64,000 nt of DNA, from NCBI GenBank assembly GCA_965649205.1, contig CBFGJV010000001.1, positions 1-64,000 of the forward strand, written 5' to 3'. This DNA comes from a candidate division WOR-3 bacterium (GTDB lineage Bacteria > Hydrothermota > Tepidihabitantia > Tepidihabitantales > Tepidihabitantaceae). The notes beneath the pieces are model-generated. The model searched no databases. It was not told the origin of the DNA and saw only the letters and a list, made by a program, of their open reading frames with translations. This document shows, one piece after another, positions 39,434 through 47,660 of the stretch; within the stretch, counting starts at the first letter, position 1; each line of letters starts with the position of its first letter. A program made the position numbers and the translations under genes.

Positions 39434-40515
39434 CGAGCAGGGAAGTTATTACCGCGTTGGTGAGGGATAAGGAATGTCCCGAACGAGTGGGGCATCAGGA
39501 GAGTTTTTGGGAGGACTTGCGACCGGCCTGGGAAGAGCAGGGGTTGCCGCGCGAGGGCCGCATGCAGGAGATTCTGGACTTGGATATTATTCCCATAAAC
39601 GAAGAGTGGACCAGCACCGAGGCGCGAGTGGGCTACAGGCGAATTCTGGAGGAGACAGAAACAACCTATGTGGAAGAGAACGGTTGGGGTTCGGTGATGC
39701 GTTATTGGAAAGGAAAGTCTGGCACCCCAGAGCATCTGTCCTTTGCCCTGACCGACGAGAAGGTATGGAAGGAGAAGTACCGGGACCTTTTGACGAGTTT
39801 TGATATCCGCCGTCTGGGAGACCTGGAAAGATTGAAGAAGAGGTATCGCGAGCTGGAGTCTTCGGACAAGTTCCGGGTTTACGAGGTGCTGCAGATATTT
39901 GAGATAATGCGGCAGGCGATGGGCGATGTGATAATGCTGGAGGCGATGTGTTTGAATCCGGCCTGGATAACGGATTTCTGCACGGTAATGACCGATAACA
40001 TCATTATGCACCTGGAGTATGAGATACGGGAGGTTGGCCTGCCGGACGGTATCTGGTTCTATGAGGACCTGGGTTATCGGCATCTGCCTTTTGTCTCGCC
40101 GCAGATGTATAGAGACCTTCTGCTGCCGCATCACCGTCGGTTTGTGGATTTCTGTCACAGTTATGGTCTGCCGGTGATAATGCATACCTGCGGCAATATC
40201 GCTCCTCTCTTTCCTTATCTTCTGGAAACGGGTATAGATTGTTTGCAGCCGCTGGAAGCCAAGACCGGGCAGAATTTTATCAAGATGGCCGAACTGGCTT
40301 CCCGGCGCATAGCTTATATGGGGAATATGGATATCCGGGCGTTTGAGACTAATGACCCGCAGGCCTTGGCGGCAGAAATTTTGCCCAAGCTGCAGGCGGC
40401 GATAGAGAAACGGATACCTTACATTTTCCATTCCGACCACAGTATTCCCCGTACGGTCAAGCTGGCCACCTATCGCTACGCCCGAGCGTTGGTTGATGAG
40501 TACGGTCGTTACTGA
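39430..40515 (+). CDS. uroporphyrinogen decarboxylase/MT2 (MtaA-CmuA-like) family protein
   Basis: FYEDLG, SPQMYR, IMHTCGN (HxC), CLQPLE, YMGNMD, YIFHSDHSIP. Confidence 0.8.
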   Translation: MTSREVITALVRDKECPERVGHQESFWEDLRPAWEEQGLPREGRMQEILDLDIIPINEEWTSTEARVGYRRILEETETTYVEENGWGSVMRYWKGKSGTPEHLSFALTDEKVWKEKYRDLLTSFDIRRLGDLERLKKRYRELESSDKFRVYEVLQIFEIMRQAMGDVIMLEAMCLNPAWITDFCTVMTDNIIMHLEYEIREVGLPDGIWFYEDLGYRHLPFVSPQMYRDLLLPHHRRFVDFCHSYGLPVIMHTCGNIAPLFPYLLETGIDCLQPLEAKTGQNFIKMAELASRRIAYMGNMDIRAFETNDPQALAAEILPKLQAAIEKRIPYIFHSDHSIPRTVKLATYRYARALVDEYGRY

Positions 40516-40530
40516 AACTGAGGGGGAAAA

Positions 40531-41991
40531 ATGAGACCAAAGTTGAAGCTGCTTAGCGAGGGACTTGTTGAGCAGATTGTAGCCGAGGCACTGGACCTGC
40601 TGGCCGTGTTGGGAGTAGAAATAAACAACCCCGGGCTGGTTGAACTGCTGTTGGCCCAGGGCGCAGAATGGGATACCGAGAAGAAAAGGTTGCTGTTGCC
40701 CGAGTCCATGGTGAGGCAGGCTTTGGCTGCTGCTCCGTGTTCGTTCCGGTTGTATGATGTGCGAGGGGAGATGACAAATGAACTGGGGGGTGATAATGTG
40801 TATTTCACCCCGGGTTCTGCGGCGTTGAACATTCTGGATGCAGATACCGGCGAGATGAGACGACCACAGACGCGTGATTACGTGCAGTATGCCAAGCTGG
40901 TGTCGCGTTTAGAACACATTGCGGCCCAGTCCACAGCCCTGATACCGGCAGATGTGCCGGAGAAGATTTCGGACAGCTATCGGTTGTATCTGTCGTTGCT
41001 GTTCTGTGAGAAGCCGGTGGTTACCGGCTGTTTTACGATAGAGTCCTTTCGAGTAATGAAGGAAATGCAGGTGGCGGTGCGGGGTTCTGAAGAGGAGCTT
41101 GTCGCCCGGCCCCTGACCATTTTTTCCTGCTGTCCGACCGCGCCTCTGAAGTGGAGCGAGGTGACTTCGCAGAATGTGGTGGATTGTGCGCGGGCCGGTA
41201 TCCCGGTGGAGTTTATCTCCATGCCTTTGTCCGGCTTTGTGGCGCCTGTCACCCTGGTGGGCACTTTGATTCAGCATACGGCGGAGACCCTGTCGGGTGT
41301 GGTTATCAGTCAAACAGTCGCGCCGGGTTCGCCGATTCTTTATGGCGGTTCGCCGGCGATTTTTGATGTGCGCCGAGAAACTACCCCGATGGGCGCCATA
41401 GAGACGATGATGATTGACTGTGCCAGTGCAGAAATAGGTAAGTACCTGGGTTTGCCCACGCAGGCTTACATCGGTCTTTCCGACGCGAAGCTGCTGGACG
41501 CACAAGCCGGGCTGGAAACAGGCATCGGCGCAGTTCTGGCCGCCTTGGCAGGCGTGAACAGCGTGTCTGGTCCGGGCATGCTGGATTTTGAGAGTTGTCA
41601 GAGTCTGGAGAAGCTGGTGCTGGATAATGAGATATGCGGCATGGCGCTGCGGCTGGTGCGGGGTATTGAGCCGCACGAGGACTTTCCGGCCTTGAATCTT
41701 TTCACCGAACTGTTGAGTGAGAAACATTTGCTTATCAGTCCGCATACCAGGCGCTGGCTGAAGACAGAGCACTACTTTCCCGGGCCGGTGATAGACCGGG
41801 CAAACAGAGGACGCTGGCAGGCTGCCGGTAGTCCTACTCTTTTGGCACGGGCGCGCCGGGAAAAGGAGCGCTTGATCGCCAGCTGGCAGCCGTCCCGTCT
41901 GGCAGAAGAGACAAAAAAGGAACTTACCCGGCTGATGACCACAGAGGCCCGGCGCTGGGGGATGGAACAGCTGCCAGAACTGCCCGCATGA
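40531..41991 (+). CDS. MttB-superfamily (trimethylamine methyltransferase-like) corrinoid methyltransferase, non-pyrrolysine
   Basis: APVTLVGTLIQHTAETLSG, PGSPILYG, MGAIE, SDAKLLDAQAGLE, GMLDFE..SLEKLVLDNEI; Leu, not TAG, at the Pyl-equivalent position. Confidence 0.9.
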   Translation: MRPKLKLLSEGLVEQIVAEALDLLAVLGVEINNPGLVELLLAQGAEWDTEKKRLLLPESMVRQALAAAPCSFRLYDVRGEMTNELGGDNVYFTPGSAALNILDADTGEMRRPQTRDYVQYAKLVSRLEHIAAQSTALIPADVPEKISDSYRLYLSLLFCEKPVVTGCFTIESFRVMKEMQVAVRGSEEELVARPLTIFSCCPTAPLKWSEVTSQNVVDCARAGIPVEFISMPLSGFVAPVTLVGTLIQHTAETLSGVVISQTVAPGSPILYGGSPAIFDVRRETTPMGAIETMMIDCASAEIGKYLGLPTQAYIGLSDAKLLDAQAGLETGIGAVLAALAGVNSVSGPGMLDFESCQSLEKLVLDNEICGMALRLVRGIEPHEDFPALNLFTELLSEKHLLISPHTRRWLKTEHYFPGPVIDRANRGRWQAAGSPTLLARARREKERLIASWQPSRLAEETKKELTRLMTTEARRWGMEQLPELPA

Positions 41992-42716
41992 GACGAGTAT
42001 TGCGTTTTGCCGCACAGGACTGCAGACCGAGCGAGGAGATGATACTTGCAGGAGAGGGAATGCCCGGCCGGGCTGGAGCGCAACCCGAAACCTTGCGGCT
42101 GGTGGTTGAAGCCGGGGAATTGTACGAGAGGCTGGCTGCACCGGTGGCCGTGTACGCCAAGATCAGTCGCGAGGAATTCGGCAGGGTCTTTGTCGGCGAA
42201 GGTCGTAATGCGCCAGATGCAGTGCTGGGCAGGATTTATCCCCAGGCGGTCCGTTTGGCTCTTTTTGCCTGTACGGTGGGGAAGGCTTTGACAGACGAAA
42301 TCACGCGGCGTTTTGAGCAGCACGATTATGCTCTGGGCTATGTGCTGGATGCTGTGGCTTCGGCTGGAGTGGAAAAATTGGCTGCACTGGTGGAGGCTGA
42401 ATACTGCAGGGAAAACAGAGAACAGAAGTCTGGCGGGGAGGATTCGAAAACGGTGCTGAGGTATAGTCCGGGTTACTGCGGCTGGCATGTGAGCGGCCAG
42501 CGCAAGCTGTTTGAGTTTCTCCATCCGGAGGAGATTGGCATTACTCTGCGCGAGAGCTTTCTGATGGAGCCTTTGAAGTCGGTCTCGGGCGTGTTTGTGG
42601 CCGGGCCGGCCGCAATCCACCGTTTTCAGCCGGCTACATTCGTCTTTTGCGCAGAGTGTCGTCAACCGAGCTGCACAGAACGGTTGGCAGAACTAGAACA
42701 ACGAACTGGGAGGTGA
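41988..42716 (+). CDS. stand-alone methionine synthase reactivation (AdoMet-binding)-like domain protein
   Basis: FACTVG, LDAVAS, RYSPGY, IGITLRESFLMEPLKSVSG, C-terminal CxxCxxxxC. Confidence 0.8.
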   Translation: MRRVLRFAAQDCRPSEEMILAGEGMPGRAGAQPETLRLVVEAGELYERLAAPVAVYAKISREEFGRVFVGEGRNAPDAVLGRIYPQAVRLALFACTVGKALTDEITRRFEQHDYALGYVLDAVASAGVEKLAALVEAEYCRENREQKSGGEDSKTVLRYSPGYCGWHVSGQRKLFEFLHPEEIGITLRESFLMEPLKSVSGVFVAGPAAIHRFQPATFVFCAECRQPSCTERLAELEQRTGR

Positions 42717-42720
42717 CAGA

Positions 42721-43359
42721 GTGGAATTGCTGCAGCAGATAGCAGACAGTCTGTGCGCAGGAGAATCAGAACGGGTAGCGCAGCTGACCCGTCGGGCACT
42801 GGATGCCGGCCTTGCGGGCCGCGAGGTCCTGGACAAAGGGTTGCTTGCCGGTATGGACCGGGTAGGCAGGTTGTTTCAAGAGGAAGAAGTGTTCCTGCCG
42901 GATGTGTTGCTTGCGGCCAAGGCGATGTATGCCGGGTTGGAGGTGCTGAAGCCTTTGTTGGAGCAGCAGGGGACAGGCGCGGCCGCCGGCAAGGTGGTTA
43001 TCGGGACTGTGCAGGGTGATTTGCACGACATAGGCAAGAATCTGGTGACTATCATGCTGCGGGGCGCAGGGTTTGAGGTGATTGACTTGGGCAATGACGT
43101 GGCACCGGAGAAATTCATTCAGGTGGCGTGCGAGCAGAATTGTCAGATTATAGGCATGTCCGCACTTCTGACTACTACGATGCCCGTAATGGGAGAGGTA
43201 TGCGAGTTGCTGAGAGAAAAAAATCTTGCCGGCAGGATAAAGACGATAATCGGCGGTGCACCGGTGAGCGAGGCTTTTGCCCGCGAGATAGGGGCGGATG
43301 CTTACTGTTATGACGCAGCAGCGGCGGTTGCAACTGTCAAACGTCTTCTTTCTCAGTGA
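42721..43359 (+). CDS. corrinoid (B12-binding) protein 2
   Basis: FLPDVLLAAKAM, GTVQGDLHDIGKNLV, SALLTTT, IIGGAP. Confidence 0.93.
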   Translation: MELLQQIADSLCAGESERVAQLTRRALDAGLAGREVLDKGLLAGMDRVGRLFQEEEVFLPDVLLAAKAMYAGLEVLKPLLEQQGTGAAAGKVVIGTVQGDLHDIGKNLVTIMLRGAGFEVIDLGNDVAPEKFIQVACEQNCQIIGMSALLTTTMPVMGEVCELLREKNLAGRIKTIIGGAPVSEAFAREIGADAYCYDAAAAVATVKRLLSQ

Positions 43360-44297
43360 AAACAGACGAACAGGGAGGTAAGACGTTGTCCAGACGGGAA
43401 AGGCTGTGGGAACGGGTGAGGTCTGGTCAGGTTCTCCTTGCCGATGGCGCACTGGGTTCTTTGCTGCTGGCGAAGGGTTTGAAACCCGGGCAGGCACCTG
43501 AAGAATTGTGTCTTTCTCGGCCGGAAGTTCTGGCTGAGATTGTACGTCTTTACCAGGAGGCGGGCGCAGAGGTTTTTCAGGCGAATACCTTTGGTGCGTC
43601 GCCTCTGAAGCTGGAGCAGCACGGTTTGGCCGAAAAAATGGAGGAGATAAACCGGCAGGCGGTAAGAATCGTGCGGGAAGTGGTGGGGGAGGAGGGGTAT
43701 GTATGGGCTTCGGTAGGTCCTTCCGGTCGTCTACTGGAACCGTACGGAGATGTCTCAGCCGAAAGGATGTATGAGAATTTTGCCCGGCAGACAACCGTGT
43801 TGGCAGAAGCCGGTGCGGACATTATCGCCATTGAGACTATGACCGATCTGGCCGAGGCAAAGCTGGCGCTGGCAGCCGCCGTGGATACTGGCAGAGCCAG
43901 CGGGGCGGTGATTACGGTTTCCCTGACTTTCGAAAAGCGGCGCCGAGGGTTCTTTACGGTCATGGGCAACTCCATCGCTGATGCCGTTGCCGCTTTGGCT
44001 GACGCAGACATGATTGGCTCTAACTGCGGCAATGGTATGGATAATATGGTGGAGATTGCCCGAGAGTTCCGCCGGCTGACGGATAAGCTGCTGGTAATCA
44101 GACCGAATGCCGGTCTGCCTGAAATTCGCAACGGTGCGGTTGTGTATCCGGAGACGCCAGAGTTTATGGCCGAGCGGATTCCGGCACTTCTGGAATGCAA
44201 GCTGGGTATTCTGGGAGGTTGTTGTGGCACGACGCCTGAGCATATACGTGCCTTCCGGCGGGTACTGGAGAAAGAACAGAGCAGACGGTCGGGTTAG
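43356..44297 (+). CDS. homocysteine S-methyltransferase family protein (MetH N-terminal-like Zn domain)
   Basis: LADGALG, ANTFGA, IETM, GSNCG, PNAGLP, GGCCGTTPEHI (three Zn cysteines). Confidence 0.92.
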   Translation: MKTDEQGGKTLSRRERLWERVRSGQVLLADGALGSLLLAKGLKPGQAPEELCLSRPEVLAEIVRLYQEAGAEVFQANTFGASPLKLEQHGLAEKMEEINRQAVRIVREVVGEEGYVWASVGPSGRLLEPYGDVSAERMYENFARQTTVLAEAGADIIAIETMTDLAEAKLALAAAVDTGRASGAVITVSLTFEKRRRGFFTVMGNSIADAVAALADADMIGSNCGNGMDNMVEIAREFRRLTDKLLVIRPNAGLPEIRNGAVVYPETPEFMAERIPALLECKLGILGGCCGTTPEHIRAFRRVLEKEQSRRSG

Positions 44298-45202
44298 CGG
44301 ATGCGAATCTCTATCTTGGAGAATTTGGGTTTCAGCCCAGGGATGAAGCGGGGAACCACCTGTAGGGCTTTCGCTGGCAGCACCATGCGTTTGGTGAGTT
44401 CTGTCTGGAGAGCTGCACAACGGGCAGTGGAGAGTTTTTCCTGTTCGGTGTACACATATACTACGAGGTCTTTGCGGAACTGCTTTTTGATAACATTGGC
44501 TACTTCGTCCAAACGCCGGCCGGCCTGATCCAGCAGTTCGGCGCTACCTGAAGCAAAGATCAGGTCTGCCGCCAGAGATACAACCCATTCGTCTTGTTCT
44601 TTGTACACGATTCCATTTATGCGCTGCGGTGAGACCGGTGTGCGGGTCTGGTTGCCATGCGCGTCGTAGGCGCTGAAGGTAAAGCTGTATATTTCGCCCG
44701 GAGAAATCATTTCGCCGTTGTCCATGCGTCCGTCCCAGGTAATCATAGCCGGTGGCCTGCCTTTGCGGCTCAAACGGCGGACAGTTTCGCCCAGGGAATT
44801 AGCTACTACCAATTCCCAAGAAACGACTTGCTCTTGGAAGTCGGGCATAAAGATGATTACGTCGCCGTAAATAAGGTCGCGCTCCACCGGTATGCGCAGA
44901 TAGGAGGAGTGGATAAACTGATGAGGTATGGTCAGAGAGTCAATGGTGCGAAGCAGAGGGGGATCGAATATGTAACTCTGCGAAATAAACAGGCTGTCAA
45001 CTGGAGAGAACGGGTCGAAGCTGGGACTGAGAAACAGTTTGCGGTCTTCGACTTTTATCTCGGCCTGGCCGGTAATTACCTCTTCGCCTAGGCCGTGTTC
45101 AGCGGGCGGCTGGGCGGTAGCCGGTTTTGCAGAGTCGGGTGTGGCAGTTGCAGGCCCAGGGCCTGTCTGGGCTACAAGCAGGGCCAGTAGCAAATGAAGC
45201 AT
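44294..45202 (-). CDS. secreted protein with FlgD-Ig-like domain and degenerate OmpA/MotB-like C-terminal domain
   Basis: Signal peptide; WELVVANSLGETVR...TWDGRMDNG; ADLIFASGSAEL...LDEVA...VYVYT. Confidence 0.65.
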   Translation of the reverse strand: MLHLLLALLVAQTGPGPATATPDSAKPATAQPPAEHGLGEEVITGQAEIKVEDRKLFLSPSFDPFSPVDSLFISQSYIFDPPLLRTIDSLTIPHQFIHSSYLRIPVERDLIYGDVIIFMPDFQEQVVSWELVVANSLGETVRRLSRKGRPPAMITWDGRMDNGEMISPGEIYSFTFSAYDAHGNQTRTPVSPQRINGIVYKEQDEWVVSLAADLIFASGSAELLDQAGRRLDEVANVIKKQFRKDLVVYVYTEQEKLSTARCAALQTELTKRMVLPAKALQVVPRFIPGLKPKFSKIEIRIR

Positions 45203-45203
45203 G

Positions 45204-46145
45204 TTAGGAGAGAGTAAAGCGGAAAGTAATTAGGCCCCACTGTTCTTCTGCTTTTACATTCGGATCCAGCGGAGCAAATTCCCAGTTCTTGAGCGCATTG
45301 ACGACTACCTGATCAAGGTCCGGGTAGCCGGAACTCACCTCTACGGTGGGCGTGCCTTTGACTTTGCCGCTAGGCAGCACCCATATCCGGACTGTCACGC
45401 TTCCGGAGATGCGACGCTGCAGGGCCCAGGCCGGGTACTTGGGAACCTGTTTGCTGAGTATGGGTCGCTGGGAAATAGGGCCAGCTACCTCAAACCGGGT
45501 CCCAGATGTTACCGGAGCGGATACTTCCGGGACAGTTTGCGTGGGTAACGGCTCGGGAAGCGTGCGGGCAGGCGTCTTCGCCAAAGGACGGTGCTCAATA
45601 GTCAACTGAGGTTCCTGGCGTGGTACCCCCGGTAGTCCTCTGGCTGGGCCGGACGAACCGGAGCTAGCACGAGTGAGAGCTATAGCCGGCTGAGACAGGA
45701 TTTCCTCTGTGGACTGAGAACTGCCTTGGCCTCCTAAATACACCACATCCATGGCGCCGGAGCGATCCAGTTCGTAGCGGTTGAGGTCTATCTTAGCCTG
45801 AGAAGGGTTCCGCTCCAGGGCGGTTTTCAGGTCTATGGTGGGACCTTCGGCGGGCGCGGAAGGTGTGTAGCTAAGTTGATCGGTTCCGGTTGGACCGAAG
45901 CCGCCTCCACCTGTGAGCTCCTGTTTGGGGACCACCTTGGCAACTTCTGGACGTCTGGTGATGTCGTAGACGCTTACCTGGATCAGTTCCTCGGCCGACC
46001 GGTGCGCAGCAGGTCTGAAAGCGGATATAAGAATCATCGTTCCCAGATGCAGGATGGCGGAGATAGCTACCGTCAGCCACAGGGTGCGCGAGCGACGTTT
46101 CTCTTCGAACAGAACAATGTGCCGGATAGCTACTTCTTTGTTCAA
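45204..46145 (-). CDS. TonB family protein
   Basis: TM with SAILH (SHLS-like), Pro-rich linker, TonB-C PKYPAWA...SSGYPDLD...WEFAP; start moved to TTG 46145 after GGAGG. Confidence 0.82.
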   Translation of the reverse strand: MNKEVAIRHIVLFEEKRRSRTLWLTVAISAILHLGTMILISAFRPAAHRSAEELIQVSVYDITRRPEVAKVVPKQELTGGGGFGPTGTDQLSYTPSAPAEGPTIDLKTALERNPSQAKIDLNRYELDRSGAMDVVYLGGQGSSQSTEEILSQPAIALTRASSGSSGPARGLPGVPRQEPQLTIEHRPLAKTPARTLPEPLPTQTVPEVSAPVTSGTRFEVAGPISQRPILSKQVPKYPAWALQRRISGSVTVRIWVLPSGKVKGTPTVEVSSGYPDLDQVVVNALKNWEFAPLDPNVKAEEQWGLITFRFTLS

Positions 46146-46147
46146 AC

Positions 46148-46546
46148 CTAGCCTCCGCCAGTCAGTTTTTTGGTGGCACAGACAATCCGTTGCGCGCCTG
46201 CGGCTTTGGCTGCGGCCAAAATGTCCAGCACCTGATTGCCCCGACATTCTCTGTCAGCCCTTACTACTACCAGGATATACGGGTCGGAAAGCACTGCCTG
46301 TCGTACCAGCTCTTGCACCTGTTGCAGGTTGGCAACCGGCTCGTCGTTGAAGTAGTACTCGCCGGAGCTGGTAAGCACGATGCTCACATCGTTTTGCACC
46401 TCACGTTGGCCGGTATTGGCTTCGGGCACGGCAACAGGCGTGCGAGCGTGGCTGATGACCATGGGAGAAATCATCATCATTATGAGTACAAGTATGAGGC
46501 CGACAGCAGCCATGGGAAGGATGTCCAGGTTGGGAGCAGGCTTCAC
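46148..46546 (-). CDS. exbD: ExbD/TolR family protein (TM Asp apparently absent)
   Basis: LDILPMAAVGLILVLIMMM, VVRADREC, AGAQRI. Confidence 0.82.
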   Translation of the reverse strand: MKPAPNLDILPMAAVGLILVLIMMMISPMVISHARTPVAVPEANTGQREVQNDVSIVLTSSGEYYFNDEPVANLQQVQELVRQAVLSDPYILVVVRADRECRGNQVLDILAAAKAAGAQRIVCATKKLTGGG

Positions 46547-46962
46547 TGCATCCTCCTGGTGCGCAACCACGCTACGTCTGCTGCCCCCATCTGTTTTGCC
46601 AAATCCATTACCTGGATGACTCGGTCGTAGCGCACCAGGTCCTCGTTGGAGATAATCACGCGGCGCTCCACCGAACGATCAAGCAGGTGGGGAAGAAGAA
46701 GACGGAGACTGTCCAGAGTTACAGGTGCCTCGTTGAGCATAATGCGGCCGTCATTGGCAAGGAAGATGTTGGCCTTGATGTCGGAGCCGGCCGGAACAGT
46801 TCCGCCTGCCTGAGCAACGCCGGGAGCCGAAACAAAGATGCCGTTTTCGAAAAATATGGGCATCGACACCATAAAGCCAATGACCAGGGATAGGGCAATG
46901 TCCACAAGCGAGTTGACTATCAGTCCTTCGTTCTTGCGTCGCTCTACGTGTCGTCGGCGCAT
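46543..46962 (-). CDS. exbD: ExbD/TolR family protein
   Basis: VNSLVDIALSLVIGFMV, VRYDRVIQVMDLAKQMG. Confidence 0.85.
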   Translation of the reverse strand: MRRRHVERRKNEGLIVNSLVDIALSLVIGFMVSMPIFFENGIFVSAPGVAQAGGTVPAGSDIKANIFLANDGRIMLNEAPVTLDSLRLLLPHLLDRSVERRVIISNEDLVRYDRVIQVMDLAKQMGAADVAWLRTRRMQ

Positions 46963-47660
46963 CAGAATCTCCAGGCAGAATCGTCGGCCCGGGTTTGGGC
47001 AGGAGTTGCCTGAGGCTGGCTGGCAGTCGCCGTTTGACTGCTGCGGGCTTTGTCCAGCATGACGATTACGCGGTCGGCCGCGGCCTCAAGTTGCATAGCC
47101 AAGTCGCTTGATTTCTTACTGAAGTAATTATAGGCAAAAAGGGTAGGAATGCCTATACCCAGTCCCCAGGCGGTGGTGAGCAGAGCCACAGCAATGCCTC
47201 CTGCGACCACGTCCGGGCCGGCCTGTTTGGTAATGCTTATCTGATTAAAGGACTTGATCAGGCCTGTTACAGTGCCAAAGAGACCGAGCAGGGTGGCGGC
47301 GTTAGCCAGAGTGCCCATGCCGCCAAGCAGGTGCTCAAACTTGATACGTTCGTCTACGATATGGCTGTAACTCAGGTCTGCCAGGTCTTCGGCACTGAGG
47401 GTGGCGTTTTCCAGAATTAACGTAACCATTCTGCCCATGGGATTATTCTGGCTGCGGGCCCATTCCAGACCGGCAGTAATACCGCCGGAGTTGAGTCTGC
47501 GTCGTAGTTCCAGTATGTCGCGACCGGTATTACAGCGGTTACGGCGAAAGTAGAGAAACCGATCCAGTATCAGGGCGAGAGCGGCGATGGAAGCCGCCAG
47601 AAGGGTAAGCATTACCGGATCAAGAAGTACGCTGAACAGGTTTCTTCCCATTATGGTCAT
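46962..47660 (-). CDS. exbB: MotA/TolQ/ExbB proton channel protein
   Basis: ATLLGLFGTVTGLIKSF, VAGGIAVALLTTAWGL. Confidence 0.9.
   Translation of the reverse strand: MTIMGRNLFSVLLDPVMLTLLAASIAALALILDRFLYFRRNRCNTGRDILELRRRLNSGGITAGLEWARSQNNPMGRMVTLILENATLSAEDLADLSYSHIVDERIKFEHLLGGMGTLANAATLLGLFGTVTGLIKSFNQISITKQAGPDVVAGGIAVALLTTAWGLGIGIPTLFAYNYFSKKSSDLAMQLEAAADRVIVMLDKARSSQTATASQPQATPAQTRADDSAWRF

Noticed and set aside
39412..44420. Long antisense ORFs (39412-40440, 40909-42141, 41772-42665, 42766-43794 and others)
   Set aside because: Shadows of well-supported plus-strand genes in GC-rich sequence; no recognisable motifs.
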